Below are positions 10,103 to 20,376 of a stretch of DNA of 64,000 nucleotides, piece after piece. The stretch is from Cenarchaeum sp. (GTDB taxonomy: Archaea; Thermoproteota; Nitrososphaeria; Nitrososphaerales; Nitrosopumilaceae). The notes below the pieces were generated by a model. It did no database searches. It had not been told where the DNA came from and worked only from the letters and a program-made list of their open reading frames with translations. The stretch covers positions 1,344,001-1,408,000 of the forward strand of contig OZ243037.1 of assembly GCA_965212015.1 (NCBI GenBank). Direction: 5' to 3'. The first letter of the stretch is position 1; each line of letters opens with the position of its first letter. The position numbers and the translations under genes were made by a program.

Positions 10103-10793
10103 GGTGCTAGAGATAACCGGCCTGAGCAAGGCCTACGGCGAGGGCCAGACGCGGATCATGGCGCTTCAGGACGTAGAATTTGGAGTCGAAAAGGGGGAGT
10201 TTGTCCTCATTGTGGGAAGCTCCGGCTCTGGCAAGTCCACCCTGCTGAACATGATCGGCCTGCTAGACAGGCCGACTACTGGCAGAATCCTAGTCGACGG
10301 GATAGATGCCACCATGCTTGACGACGGCAAGATCTCGTCATTTAGGAACAAAAAGCTTGGCTTTATCTTCCAGTTCTCCAACCTGCTTGCCGATCTCTCG
10401 GTAATAGAAAACGTGCTGCTTCCAAGGCAGATTGCAGGCACCGGCCGTGATGCCAAAAGGGACGCAGAAGAGCTGCTCCGGGCAGTGGACCTGAATGACC
10501 AAATGTACAAGCGTGCAAACAAGATCTCCGGCGGACAGGCGCAGCGGGCCGCCATTGCCAGGGGCCTCATCAACAACCCCACGATAGTGCTTGCCGACGA
10601 GCCTACCGGAAACCTTGACTCTGTTACAGCAGAGACCATAGTGCAGCTGATGAAGACGATTGCAAAAAAAATGGGGCTGACCTTTGTTATAGTCACGCAC
10701 GACCGGCACCAGTTCGGCCAGGTCGACAGGGTGATTACCATCAAGGACGGGCGCGCCTTTGAGGACAAGCAGCAGGCGGGGGTGGCGGCATGA
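10095..10793 (+). CDS. LolD/MacB-type ABC transporter ATPase
   Basis: GSSGSGKST, ISGGQAQR, LADEPTGNLD, VTHD; start at ATG 10095. Confidence 0.92.
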   Translation: MSRVLEITGLSKAYGEGQTRIMALQDVEFGVEKGEFVLIVGSSGSGKSTLLNMIGLLDRPTTGRILVDGIDATMLDDGKISSFRNKKLGFIFQFSNLLADLSVIENVLLPRQIAGTGRDAKRDAEELLRAVDLNDQMYKRANKISGGQAQRAAIARGLINNPTIVLADEPTGNLDSVTAETIVQLMKTIAKKMGLTFVIVTHDRHQFGQVDRVITIKDGRAFEDKQQAGVAA

Positions 10794-12079
10794 GGAACAT
10801 CATACTGCTGGCAGTCCTGATTGCCAGCTCGATTCTCGCCGGCGACGCATACGCGCAGACGGGAACGGCCGACTCTTTCTTTGATAGGAGGTTCGGCGAC
10901 GTAAAATTCATTGACGCGTACTTTGGCACGGAGGATGAAAAGATCGAGGTGACGCCGGGGGATCAAAACGTCCCCTTTACGGTGATAATCGCCAACATAG
11001 GCACCGAGGACATTACGGGCATCAAGGGACAGCTGTCCCTGCCAATCGGCTTTTCGCCTACTGACGGGCCTGATGCCATAATCGAGGCAGACAGCGTCAC
11101 AAACACCGCCGCCGGGGAGAACTTTGCGCTGAAATTCTTTGTAAACATTGGCGAGCACGCAAATATCGGGAATTACCAGGCGTCCGCCAAGGTTGAATAT
11201 TCCCGGCTGCGCGAATCGGGGCTGAGAAACGCGTTTTTTGACTTTGACTTTAAGGTTACGGGCGACAGCATCATAAACATGAAGGCGACTGACCCGTTTT
11301 TGATCTCGCTGCAAAAAAACAAGGTGGTAATTGAAATATCAAACCACGGCACGGCCCCCGTCTCCGGCGTCGACATTGAGCTGCAAAACACGCAGGACAC
11401 CATATCGTCGACTGCACAGTCCATAACAAACACGGAAAACGTGGTAATCCTCGACACCAACTGGGACGTGGGCCACATTGGACCGGGCGAGGCAAAGTAT
11501 TTTGAGCTGGAGATATACGTGCCGGCGTCGGTAAAGGGCGACACCCTGCGCACCCCGATGGAGGTGACATACTTTAACGCCCACGGGGACAGGTATACAA
11601 TCTCCCGCATCGTGGATTTTTACGTCAAGGGATTCATTGACACGTCAGTCTATAACGTGGGCGTAATAGAGCTGTCAGGCAAGTCCACCATCATCGGCGA
11701 GATAATCAACGAGGGCAACGAGAATGCGCTGTTTGGGTTTGTAACAGTCGAGCCGCTGGGCAGCTCAAACATAAGACCCACGACGCAGTTCATCGACGAG
11801 ATCGAAATCGAATCGCCGGTGCCCTTTAACGTGCAGGTAGAGTTTGACGGCCCGCCGCAGTACGGCGAGCACGACATACTGATCACCGTCCGATACAAGG
11901 ACGACGTCAGAAACGAGATATTCGTCACGCACGAGGCGACGGTCTTTTTGGAGGATCATTCAAAAGACACAGAGTCAAATGCCGACTATATGCCGCTTTT
12001 CATACTGCCCGCAGTCGCAGTAGCGGGGTTTTTGGGATTCCGCGTGTACAAGAAAAAAACGGCGGAAAACTCTACGTGA
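10790..12079 (+). CDS. COG1361-like S-layer/Ig-domain surface protein
   Basis: Signal peptide, repeated beta-sandwich motifs (N.G...), C-terminal TM with basic tail; typical ABC partner in archaea. Confidence 0.75.
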   Translation: MRNIILLAVLIASSILAGDAYAQTGTADSFFDRRFGDVKFIDAYFGTEDEKIEVTPGDQNVPFTVIIANIGTEDITGIKGQLSLPIGFSPTDGPDAIIEADSVTNTAAGENFALKFFVNIGEHANIGNYQASAKVEYSRLRESGLRNAFFDFDFKVTGDSIINMKATDPFLISLQKNKVVIEISNHGTAPVSGVDIELQNTQDTISSTAQSITNTENVVILDTNWDVGHIGPGEAKYFELEIYVPASVKGDTLRTPMEVTYFNAHGDRYTISRIVDFYVKGFIDTSVYNVGVIELSGKSTIIGEIINEGNENALFGFVTVEPLGSSNIRPTTQFIDEIEIESPVPFNVQVEFDGPPQYGEHDILITVRYKDDVRNEIFVTHEATVFLEDHSKDTESNADYMPLFILPAVAVAGFLGFRVYKKKTAENST

Positions 12080-12191
12080 TGCGCGCAGACCGTGCCTGCA
12101 GTATCCGCACCGCCTGCCAGTCTGTAATGCCGCCGGGACTATACCGTGGCGCAAAAACTTAACAAGTAGCGGCACTGCGATCATCTTACCG

Positions 12192-12557
12192 ATGTTTGGC
12201 GAGGAGATCGAGGTTCCAAAGGAGATCAGGCAGTTTATGATGGCAGGTGCAGAGGAGACCGTACTTGGCCAGAAAAACGGGGCAAGACGCCAGTACCGGT
12301 ACGGCAGGCTGCACATTCGGGAGTATGACGGCAGGTATCTGGTGCATATGGACAGAGTTGATCCAAGAAAGAGGCCGCTTGCACACCTTGTTTATGACGC
12401 CCCGGAGGTACTAGTGGGACTGTCACTGGCAGGACTCGGATCACTATTAAGGATAAAACCGCTCCCGCTGCAAATCGCCGGCTCCCTGCTGCTTGGCATT
12501 GCAGGCTATGCCGCCGCAAAAAAACTCAAGGATCTGGGTGAGACAAGATACCACTAG
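12192..12557 (+). CDS. Hypothetical membrane protein
   Basis: 121 aa ORF, LHIREY..HMDRVDP motif, two C-terminal hydrophobic segments. Confidence 0.65.
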   Translation: MFGEEIEVPKEIRQFMMAGAEETVLGQKNGARRQYRYGRLHIREYDGRYLVHMDRVDPRKRPLAHLVYDAPEVLVGLSLAGLGSLLRIKPLPLQIAGSLLLGIAGYAAAKKLKDLGETRYH

Positions 12558-14095
12558 TCCGCACTGCGCGCGTCGCATTCAAGCTACTGCCGTCGCTGCT
12601 GGCGCTAAGGCGGGACCGGAGGGAATGGATCCGGCAGGGGGGCAGAAACATCGAGGCCGAAAAGTACAGGAAAAACGCCCGGAGGGCACTTGAGACGTTC
12701 ATATCGCTCGGGCCGGTATACATCAAGCTGGGACAGTGGCTGTCCTCGCGGGCAGACATACTGCCGCAGCCGTACATGGAGGAGCTCTCAAAGCTGCAAG
12801 ACGACGTCCCGGCGGAACCCTTTCAGAAAATAAAGCCGATAATAGAGCGTGATCTGGGATCCATAGACGACACGTTCTCCTTTATGGGATCAAGCGCAAT
12901 CTCTGGCGCGTCACTAGGGCAGGTATACCTTGCAAAAATCGACAGGCAGGACGTGGTAGTAAAGGTAAAGCGGCCCGGAATAGAGGGGATTGTCGCCCAG
13001 GATCTACAGGTTCTCAAAAAAATCCTCCCCCTGGCGCTGAGGTTCGTCGATCCCAACCTGAGGTTTTCCGCACGCGCCATGCTGGCGCAGTTCATAGAGA
13101 CGATATACGAGGAGATGGACTATACCCTCGAGTCCTCAAACCTAAAGAGAATAAAGCAAAACATGAAAAAATACCCAAACGTCGTGGTTCCAGACGTGTA
13201 TGACGACTATTCCTCAAAAAACATCCTGACCATGGAGTATGTGCCGGGAATCAAGGTCACCGACATCGAGGAGCTAGACAGGAGGGGAATCGACAGGCAA
13301 AAGCTAGTAGTCGACGTCCACAGGATCTTTTTTACAATGCTGCTGCGCAACACGATCTTTCATGCCGATCCGCACCCCGGAAACGTCTCAGTCACGGACG
13401 ACGGCAGGCTGATTCTCTACGACTATGGGATGGTCGGAAGGCTGGACGACCAGACAAGGATGCAGCTGGTGAGGCTGTACCTTGCGCTAGTCGAAAAAAA
13501 CCCGCAGCGAACAGTCGGCGCGATGAAGTCACTCGGCATGCTGATGCCGGATTTTAACCAGTCGGTGATTGAAAGGGCAATAGAGATGTCCATACGCGCG
13601 ATGCACGGAAGAAAACCCGACGAGATGGAAGTCGAGGGCCTAATGGAGATTGCCAACAAGACCATGGGCAGGTTTCCGTTTATCCTGCCAAAACACCTCG
13701 CACTATACATGAGGATGGCCTCGATCATCGAGGGGATATACAAGACGCACCGGGTGGATTTCAAGTTCGTCCGGGTGCTCAAAAACATACTGGAAGAAGA
13801 GGACCTGATCAGGGACGCCTATCTCGAGGAGCTAAAACAGTCATTTGACACGATTGCAAAGTCCATCGATGCGACGATCAGCATTGCGCCTGAGCTAAAA
13901 AAACTCATCGACGACGGCAGATCCCTCCGGCTCAACGCGGGGCAGAGATCAGGCATGATCCCCGGCAGCATACTCTTGGCTGCCGTATTCGTGGGATCGG
14001 CAATACTGTACGGCTCCAACGAGGTTCTGGGCATTGCCGGAATGGCGTGCTCGATGGTTGCAATGTCAGTCTATGCCGTTTTCAAAAAGCGCTAA
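12548..14095 (+). CDS. ABC1/UbiB (AarF) family atypical protein kinase
   Basis: LGPVYIKLGQWLSSRADILP upstream of the first ATG (12776); ASLGQVY, VVVKVKRP, FHADPHPGN, DYGMVG; start inferred at ATA 12548. Confidence 0.88.
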   Translation: MPLVRTARVAFKLLPSLLALRRDRREWIRQGGRNIEAEKYRKNARRALETFISLGPVYIKLGQWLSSRADILPQPYMEELSKLQDDVPAEPFQKIKPIIERDLGSIDDTFSFMGSSAISGASLGQVYLAKIDRQDVVVKVKRPGIEGIVAQDLQVLKKILPLALRFVDPNLRFSARAMLAQFIETIYEEMDYTLESSNLKRIKQNMKKYPNVVVPDVYDDYSSKNILTMEYVPGIKVTDIEELDRRGIDRQKLVVDVHRIFFTMLLRNTIFHADPHPGNVSVTDDGRLILYDYGMVGRLDDQTRMQLVRLYLALVEKNPQRTVGAMKSLGMLMPDFNQSVIERAIEMSIRAMHGRKPDEMEVEGLMEIANKTMGRFPFILPKHLALYMRMASIIEGIYKTHRVDFKFVRVLKNILEEEDLIRDAYLEELKQSFDTIAKSIDATISIAPELKKLIDDGRSLRLNAGQRSGMIPGSILLAAVFVGSAILYGSNEVLGIAGMACSMVAMSVYAVFKKR

Positions 14096-14485
14096 TCACT
14101 CTATGCGTATGTCCCTGTCGTTTTTGACCAGGGGAAAGACGAGCGTCAGGATTCCGTCGGCGTACTTTGCCGCGGTAATCTCTTTTTTCTCCTCGATGGG
14201 AACCGGCAACAGTATCTTTTTGTCGATTATGCGCGGGCGCTGATCATAGATTGCCCTGCCCCGGGCATCGCCGTCGTCTGGCTTTTTTGCGCTAATTGAC
14301 AGGATGTTTTCCGCAATGCTCAGCTTTATCTCGTCTTTTTTAAATCCCGGAATGTCGATTACCACCGTCAGCTCAGAATCGCCCAGATGCATGTCGACTG
14401 GAGGCAGTACAAACTCGTAGAACTCTCTTGACTTGTTGCCTATCCCCTTTACTATCTCCCTTGCCACGGATTTTACCAGCTCCAA
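14096..14485 (-). CDS. Small heat shock protein (Hsp20/alpha-crystallin)
   Basis: PPVDM, IDIPGFKKDEI, AKYADGILTL. Confidence 0.9.
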   Translation of the reverse strand: MELVKSVAREIVKGIGNKSREFYEFVLPPVDMHLGDSELTVVIDIPGFKKDEIKLSIAENILSISAKKPDDGDARGRAIYDQRPRIIDKKILLPVPIEEKKEITAAKYADGILTLVFPLVKNDRDIRIE

Positions 14486-14678
14486 TTTCAGTGATTGGGC
14501 GTTTTTTGGTTATAAACCTTGGCGGATGGCCTGCAAATTCCGACTTTTGCGCCGTGGCCGGTCTTGCCGCACCGGCAAGCTAGCCACCTGCAAGATCTTT
14601 TTTCACATCATGGCGCTCTATTTTCCGGCACAATTCTGATAGATTTTTAAATTAATTGCCCCCCACGAAAAGCCACTC

Positions 14679-15260
14679 ATGATAATAGTGATCGAAGGCG
14701 GGGATCAGGCGGGCAAAAAGACCCAGTCCGGCCTTCTTGCAAGGGCACTGCGCAAAAGAAAGCTAAAGACCCGCGTCTTTAGCTTTCCGGACTATTCCAC
14801 CCCGGTGGGCAGGGCGATAGACGGGTATCTCAACGGGCGGAGCAGCCCGCCGCTGCAGACGGTCCACTGCCTGCTTGCCGCCAACAGGTGGGAAAAACTC
14901 GACGAGATCAAAAGGGCAGTCTCGGAGAACTCGGTCATTATAATGAACAGGTACTACCAGTCCAACATGGTATACGGAATGGTGAACGGAATGGGGCCGG
15001 AATGGCTGGCAAACCTTGATCGCGGCCTGCCAAGGGCGGATCTGGTAATACTGCTCGACGTTGCACAAGGGGAGTCATTTAGGAGAAAGGCCGCAAAAAG
15101 GGACCAGTTCGAAAAAAGCGAGGCGTTTTCGCGCAAGATATCGCTTGCCTACAAAAGGATGGCAAGGGCCAAGAGGTGGAGGATAGTCGATGCGTCCGGA
15201 ACCCGCCGGGAGGTACACGAAAGGATAATGGACGTGCTTGCACGAAAACTGGGAAAATGA
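14679..15260 (+). CDS. tmk: Thymidylate kinase
   Basis: IVIEGGDQAGKKTQ, FPDY, ANRWE, NRYYQSN. Confidence 0.93.
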   Translation: MIIVIEGGDQAGKKTQSGLLARALRKRKLKTRVFSFPDYSTPVGRAIDGYLNGRSSPPLQTVHCLLAANRWEKLDEIKRAVSENSVIIMNRYYQSNMVYGMVNGMGPEWLANLDRGLPRADLVILLDVAQGESFRRKAAKRDQFEKSEAFSRKISLAYKRMARAKRWRIVDASGTRREVHERIMDVLARKLGK

Positions 15261-16501
15261 AAAAAAACTATATCGACATAATTGATCCGATTCACAGCTT
15301 TATCAGAATCAACCCCCTGGAGCACCAAATAGTGGATCTTGCGGTATTTCAGCGGCTGCGAAGGATACGGCAGCTATCGGGCGCGCATCTGACCTATCCG
15401 GGCGCGCAGCACACCCGGTTTGAGCACTCGCTTGGCGTCATGCACATTGCCGGGCAGGCGGCCCAGTCGCTGCAGGAGAAGGGAATCCTGGACTCCGACA
15501 AGGTAGAGCAGCTGAGGCTTGCCGGACTATTACACGACATTGGACACGGCCCGTTTTCACACCTTTTCGAGGAGGTCCTAGGTGAGCAATCAAAAGTGTC
15601 GCACGAGGATATAGGCAGGAGGATAATCAAAGAGACAGAAATCGGGGACATACTCTCAAAGTCGGGCCACGACAAAAAACTCGTAACGGGGCTGGCGTTT
15701 GGCAGCTCCGGGCCTGGGTACATGAACGAGATAATCTCGGGGATTCTAAGCGCCGACATGATGGACTATCTTCTCAGGGACGGATACTTTACCGGGGCAG
15801 AGCACGCAAGAATCGATCACAACAGGATCATCCGGTCACTCAACGTATACCGGAACAGGCTGGCGCTTGAAAAGTCCGCCCTGTATTCGTTCGAGTCGAT
15901 ACTGCACTCCAGGTACCAGATGTTCAAGACGGTCTATTTTCACAAGACCGTCCGGGCAGTCGAAGTCATGCTCCTAGAGTCCATCCGGCTGGCACGGGGG
16001 GAGCTAGGACTGGTCCCGATGGACCTTGACTATTACGTAAAGCTTACCGACGAGATAATCCTCTCAAAACTGCTGGCGCTGGAGCCTAGGACCGAGGAGC
16101 TGCGGCGCGCAAGGGGCTTTGCTGAGGACTATCGTGACAGGAGGCTGCTCAAGTGCGTGTATGAGCGCTTTGTCGCAAACAAGTCAAAGTCCGGCAGCAT
16201 CAATGCGGCGGAGCTCAGATCCGAGCTCTCGCGGAAATCCAAGATAGACGAGAGCATGATCTTTATTGACAGCTCGACTGCCCCGTCAATCCCGCTGGCC
16301 CCCTCCCACGAAGAGTCCCAGTCAGTCGTCCTGGTATCGCATGCAGGCGGCAGGCCGTCTGTGGAGGAGAGGCCGGTCAGCCAGATCCCCCTCGTGGCTG
16401 CCATGTCCGGATTCATGAACATATTGAGGGTCTATACGGCCGGCAAGACCAGAAAAAAAGTTGAAATTGCCGCCAGATCTGTCCTTGGTGGGCTGGAATG
16501 A
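15257..16501 (+). CDS. HD-domain phosphohydrolase (SAMHD1/dNTPase-like)
   Basis: [50 protein letters not shown]. Confidence 0.9.
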   Translation: MKKNYIDIIDPIHSFIRINPLEHQIVDLAVFQRLRRIRQLSGAHLTYPGAQHTRFEHSLGVMHIAGQAAQSLQEKGILDSDKVEQLRLAGLLHDIGHGPFSHLFEEVLGEQSKVSHEDIGRRIIKETEIGDILSKSGHDKKLVTGLAFGSSGPGYMNEIISGILSADMMDYLLRDGYFTGAEHARIDHNRIIRSLNVYRNRLALEKSALYSFESILHSRYQMFKTVYFHKTVRAVEVMLLESIRLARGELGLVPMDLDYYVKLTDEIILSKLLALEPRTEELRRARGFAEDYRDRRLLKCVYERFVANKSKSGSINAAELRSELSRKSKIDESMIFIDSSTAPSIPLAPSHEESQSVVLVSHAGGRPSVEERPVSQIPLVAAMSGFMNILRVYTAGKTRKKVEIAARSVLGGLE

Positions 16502-17172
16502 AAAGACGAGTCGTGATAAAGCTGTCGGGAAGGGTTTTTGACATGGATGACGCCGGATCCCTCGGGAAATATGCGTCGTCTCTTGTGAAAATTGCCAGGG
16601 TGTGCCAGCCCATAGTCATAGCCGGCGGCGGAAAAATCGCGCGCAGGTACATTGATCATGCCAGATCCTCTGGCGCCGACGAGTCCACGCTAGACGAGAT
16701 GGGAATAGAGATCTCCCGGCTCAACGCCAGGCTTTTGATTTGCGCGCTAAAACAAAAGGCGTACCAGCACATGCCCGTCACGCTGCAGGAGGTCCAGCGC
16801 GCAGCTGATAGCGGCATGATCGTAGTGGCCGGCGGGCTGCATCCGGGCCACAGCACGAACGGAACGGCCGCCCTGATTGCAGAAAAGATAAAGGCCGCAG
16901 AATTCCTCAACGCCACTGACGTAGACGGGGTGTACGACTCGGATCCCAACACGCATAGGGGCGCAAAAAAGCTCAAAAAAATCGAACTAAAAAAGCTCAG
17001 AAACATGCTGGTCCACGAGGACTCGGCCGCCGGCGGATACGACCTGATGGATATTGTGGCGCTAAAAATAATCGAGCGCTCAAGGATAAAGACCAGGGTG
17101 CTAAGGGCCGATCCCCGAAACCTCGAAAAGGCAGTCAGGGGGACTGCCGTCGGCACGGAGATAGTGACATAG
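16498..17172 (+). CDS. pyrH: Uridylate kinase
   Basis: [34 protein letters not shown]. Confidence 0.93.
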   Translation: MKRRVVIKLSGRVFDMDDAGSLGKYASSLVKIARVCQPIVIAGGGKIARRYIDHARSSGADESTLDEMGIEISRLNARLLICALKQKAYQHMPVTLQEVQRAADSGMIVVAGGLHPGHSTNGTAALIAEKIKAAEFLNATDVDGVYDSDPNTHRGAKKLKKIELKKLRNMLVHEDSAAGGYDLMDIVALKIIERSRIKTRVLRADPRNLEKAVRGTAVGTEIVT

Positions 17173-17173
17173 C

Positions 17174-17467
17174 CTACATGCCCTGCATTGCCGGATACTC
17201 GTCGTTCCAGATCAGGATCCTGCTTCCGGGAAACTCTGCAACGCCTGCCTGCCTTGCCTTTTGAAAAACCTCCATGGCCTTTTGTTTTTCCATGGCCTTT
17301 GTCTGCGCCTTTGTGCACCCGTCGCAGTCGACTAGAATCGCCACAAAGCCGTCGGGCGTCTTGATCACGGCGGCAAGATCGTCCTCGCCGACTGGCATGA
17401 ACTTTCCGTCTATCTTTTTCGTAGTCAGAGTCAGCATTGCAAACCCGGCCAGCTCAAAGAGCCTCAT
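17174..17467 (-). CDS. Hypothetical protein
   Basis: ORF from ATG 17467 (MRLFELAGFAMLTL...), protein-like composition. Confidence 0.6.
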   Translation of the reverse strand: MRLFELAGFAMLTLTTKKIDGKFMPVGEDDLAAVIKTPDGFVAILVDCDGCTKAQTKAMEKQKAMEVFQKARQAGVAEFPGSRILIWNDEYPAMQGM

Positions 17468-17618
17468 CTGTGATTTTGCCGCCCTCTGCTTTCCCTGCTG
17501 TACGGCCTGAAAATACTGCACAGGCAGACTGTGCCGGCTTGCTATAATAATTCTTTGAGATTCGGCCGCGCCTCCCGGCTTGTCAACATTTAAGAGATGT
17601 TTTGAATGACACGACTGC

Positions 17619-18149
17619 GTGAACCCAAGGATATTCGTCATTGTAGCCATGACGGCCTTTGCGGCAATTCTGGGCGCCGTGGCCTTTGGCTATGTAATAC
17701 CGGGCATTCCCAGTAACGGCCTGTCGCCCTCTGTGGGGCCGGCCATGCCGCTTGAGGTGCAGCTCGAGCACATACTGATAGACGAGGTCACCCCCAAGGC
17801 GGCCACCATAATGATCCAGTTTATCGTAGAGAATCCCAACTCAAAGTCAGTCATACTGCAATTTATAAAATACGAGCTATACGAGGACGGCAAGCGGATA
17901 CACATAGGCGAGATCGGCAACCGTCCGAACGCCTTTGTCACAGAATCCAACTATTTCACGGTACTTCCGGATCAACGAACGGTACTCTATGACACGATCA
18001 CCATAAAAAACACGGGAAACACCCCGGAGCTGTGGGACGCACTGACTAGCGGTTCCCCGTCCTGGCGCGTTCTGGCAGAGGCGTATTTCAACCTCAGCTC
18101 CATTACCAGCGGTGGTGAGAACATTGCCGAGTTTGAGTTCGTCCCCTAG
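17619..18149 (+). CDS. Membrane-anchored LEA_2/WHy-like protein
   Basis: N-terminal TM; FIVENPN..VIL..IKYELY pattern. Confidence 0.7.
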   Translation: MNPRIFVIVAMTAFAAILGAVAFGYVIPGIPSNGLSPSVGPAMPLEVQLEHILIDEVTPKAATIMIQFIVENPNSKSVILQFIKYELYEDGKRIHIGEIGNRPNAFVTESNYFTVLPDQRTVLYDTITIKNTGNTPELWDALTSGSPSWRVLAEAYFNLSSITSGGENIAEFEFVP

Positions 18150-18266
18150 CGTCCGGCGGCGACTGCCTGCGGTATAGTATCATGATTTTGGAAAATTATG
18201 ATTATTTGTCAAAACAGGTGAAAAATTGGCAAAATTATATATGATTAGTAATAGCCTTTCAAGGAA

Positions 18267-18377
18267 ATGGCAGAAGCAGCAATGAGCGCATTTGGCGCGG
18301 CAATCGGAGTCTCGATTGCTCTGGCAGTAGTAACATTTGCATTACGTGGTAAAGGGCATCCGGAACCAATAGAGTAA
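18267..18377 (+). CDS. 36-aa single-TM microprotein (not in ORF track)
   Basis: MAEAAMSAFGAAIGVSIALAVVTFALRGKGHPEPIE; TATA-like TTATAT just upstream, T-run downstream. Confidence 0.7.
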   Translation: MAEAAMSAFGAAIGVSIALAVVTFALRGKGHPEPIE

Positions 18378-18404
18378 ATGTACAAAACCTTTACAACCTT
18401 TTTC

Positions 18405-19052
18405 TTAATCCTTACCTATTCCTACCAGCTGCGTAATTGAGATCGACTTGCCGATCCTTTCCCTTACGAAACACCGCTGATAGTACTGGCACCCGGAGCA
18501 GTCCTCAGAGGGCTCCAGTATCGGAACCTTTTGCTCCTCTAGCAGGTTGGTCAGGACCCTGATCCTCCTGATGACCTCCTCGAACATCTTTTTGTTCTTT
18601 GAGAGTGAAAACGAGGACTCTTTTTTGTCGCCCGTAATGTAAATGACGACGCCGTCCATCTTGTCAAAGATCCACAGGCACGCATTGAGGAACAGCAAGT
18701 CGCCTGCCTTTGGGTTTGCCGGCGGCTCGGAGGCCGATCTGTAAAGTATTACTGCGTCATCCACTATCATGTCTGCCTGGCCCGTCAGTTTTATCCCGTC
18801 GACGTCAAACGTCCCCGGCTTTGCGCCGTGCCCGAGCTTGTGCAGCAGTCCGGACAGCAGATCGTTGAATCCCTCCCTCCTTGCATCCATGGGATCCGTC
18901 CTGTCAAAATAGGCCCGCCTCAGGCACCTTGTGACCTCGTGAAGGTGGATGGTCTTTATGTCCTTGGCGTCGACCTTGACGTCAAGCTCCCTTCCGATGG
19001 AGTCAATTGAGTTTTTTATGAGACTGCGATAGTCCCTGTCCCCCATGGTCAT
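18405..19052 (-). CDS. Solo Cas4-like Fe-S/PD-(D/E)XK-fold protein, probably nuclease-dead
   Basis: CLRRAYF plus C-terminal CSGCQYYQRC four-Cys set; GQAD kept, ExK and Q..Y motifs degenerate. Confidence 0.75.
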   Translation of the reverse strand: MTMGDRDYRSLIKNSIDSIGRELDVKVDAKDIKTIHLHEVTRCLRRAYFDRTDPMDARREGFNDLLSGLLHKLGHGAKPGTFDVDGIKLTGQADMIVDDAVILYRSASEPPANPKAGDLLFLNACLWIFDKMDGVVIYITGDKKESSFSLSKNKKMFEEVIRRIRVLTNLLEEQKVPILEPSEDCSGCQYYQRCFVRERIGKSISITQLVGIGKD

Positions 19053-19273
19053 GGCGCATCACTCCGCACCGCACCGGATGCCAGCCGCCTTGAGATCCTG
19101 GGCGAAAAGGCAAGCATTGCAAAATGCACCGCAAAGCCGACTATGGCGCCGGCAACAATGTTGCCCGTCCCGAAATATATCCCGATAAAGACGCCGAGTG
19201 ACGGCAGGGCGAGAATCATGGCCATCACGGTGCTCTTCCAGAGGACGGCAGTTGCCGTCACGCCGGCGCTCAA
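19049..19273 (-). CDS. Small two-TM membrane protein
   Basis: 74 aa hydrophobic ORF overlapping both neighbours by 4 nt. Confidence 0.7.
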   Translation of the reverse strand: MSAGVTATAVLWKSTVMAMILALPSLGVFIGIYFGTGNIVAGAIVGFAVHFAMLAFSPRISRRLASGAVRSDAP

Positions 19274-20313
19274 CTCTTCTCCAGGATGAGCTTTTCCATC
19301 GTAGTCTGCGGCGCGATCTTTTGCTCCACTGCAAACGCAATGGATGAGAGATTCCTGACCTCGTAAGACGTCATAATCGTAATGCCCACACTGGTGGCGG
19401 AGCTAAACATCCGGGTAAAGGTGTTTCTGGCCCTGCTGTAAATCTCCATCTCAAATGATCTTTCAAACTCTGAAATTGCGTCCATCTCGTTTTCGGTCTG
19501 CGGGACTAGCCCGCCGTAGGGCGTGCCGGACAGCTCGTTGAGGGCGTCCCTGACGGTTCCGGCCGCCATCATGCGGCCGAGCAGATCCATCGGCGCGCTT
19601 GCAGTCTGTGAAACCAAGAGATCCTGGATCTGCGCCTCATCCAGGCCCCAGAACTTGCCGCGTATGACGCTCATCAGGTTGTAAAAGTCGATATTCATCC
19701 CGACTGGCTTTGCCATGTCCTTTTCGCCCGAGATTCTCAGGCCGGAGCTTAGCTGCCGTATCCAGATCTTGTCAAAATACGTGTCAAAGACCTGTATGTT
19801 TTTCTTGTCGTTGTATATGGCAACTGCCTTTGCAATGTCGTCGCCATAAACCGTCGAGCCCAAGCTGGATACCGTCTCTTCCAGATCCTTTGCAACAAGT
19901 GCCTTGAGAACAACATCCCTCTGCTTGATTAGCTCCTCGGCGCGCAAGTTGAGAAGCGGTTCTATCTCTTCCTGGGTCTTGCCGAGCACCTTGCCTTTTA
20001 GAATCAGCTTTAGGTTCCAGATGAGAAATTTCAGGTAATAGGCGTCTAGCACCTTTGAGCCGCCGGCGGCCTTTACTATAGAGTGGTGTATCTCTGCCAG
20101 GTGCTCCCTGAGAACCGACTCGATTTTTTTGGCCGTATAGGGTTTTGTGACCCTTGATACCACGTCTGCATATCCGGTGTTCTTCATCCTTGTGACTAGC
20201 TCATCCAAGTCCCTCGACTCTGCAAACGTCTGAAATTCGGCCCTTGCCAGCAGGCGCCCGCGCTTGCTGTATGACTTTACGGATGCAAAGACCTTTTGAG
20301 AACCGGAACCCAT
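19270..20313 (-). CDS. atpC: A/V-type ATP synthase subunit C
   Basis: 347 aa helical protein; NLKLILKGK, IDFYNL...RGK, YEVRNL..IA motifs. Confidence 0.88.
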   Translation of the reverse strand: MGSGSQKVFASVKSYSKRGRLLARAEFQTFAESRDLDELVTRMKNTGYADVVSRVTKPYTAKKIESVLREHLAEIHHSIVKAAGGSKVLDAYYLKFLIWNLKLILKGKVLGKTQEEIEPLLNLRAEELIKQRDVVLKALVAKDLEETVSSLGSTVYGDDIAKAVAIYNDKKNIQVFDTYFDKIWIRQLSSGLRISGEKDMAKPVGMNIDFYNLMSVIRGKFWGLDEAQIQDLLVSQTASAPMDLLGRMMAAGTVRDALNELSGTPYGGLVPQTENEMDAISEFERSFEMEIYSRARNTFTRMFSSATSVGITIMTSYEVRNLSSIAFAVEQKIAPQTTMEKLILEKS

Positions 20314-20376
20314 TTTATAGGATCTGTGAAAATAACCGATTTTAATGTTGACTTTTGAATCGGCGCCGCGCCGGAT

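Noticed and set aside
10166-11314. Long antisense ORFs (also 35538-36656, 7826-8509 and others)
   Set aside because: They overlap well-supported genes on the opposite strand and lack motifs; expected in GC-rich DNA
18405-19052. CRISPR-Cas system implied by the Cas4-like gene
   Set aside because: No array, cas1/cas2 or effector genes in the window
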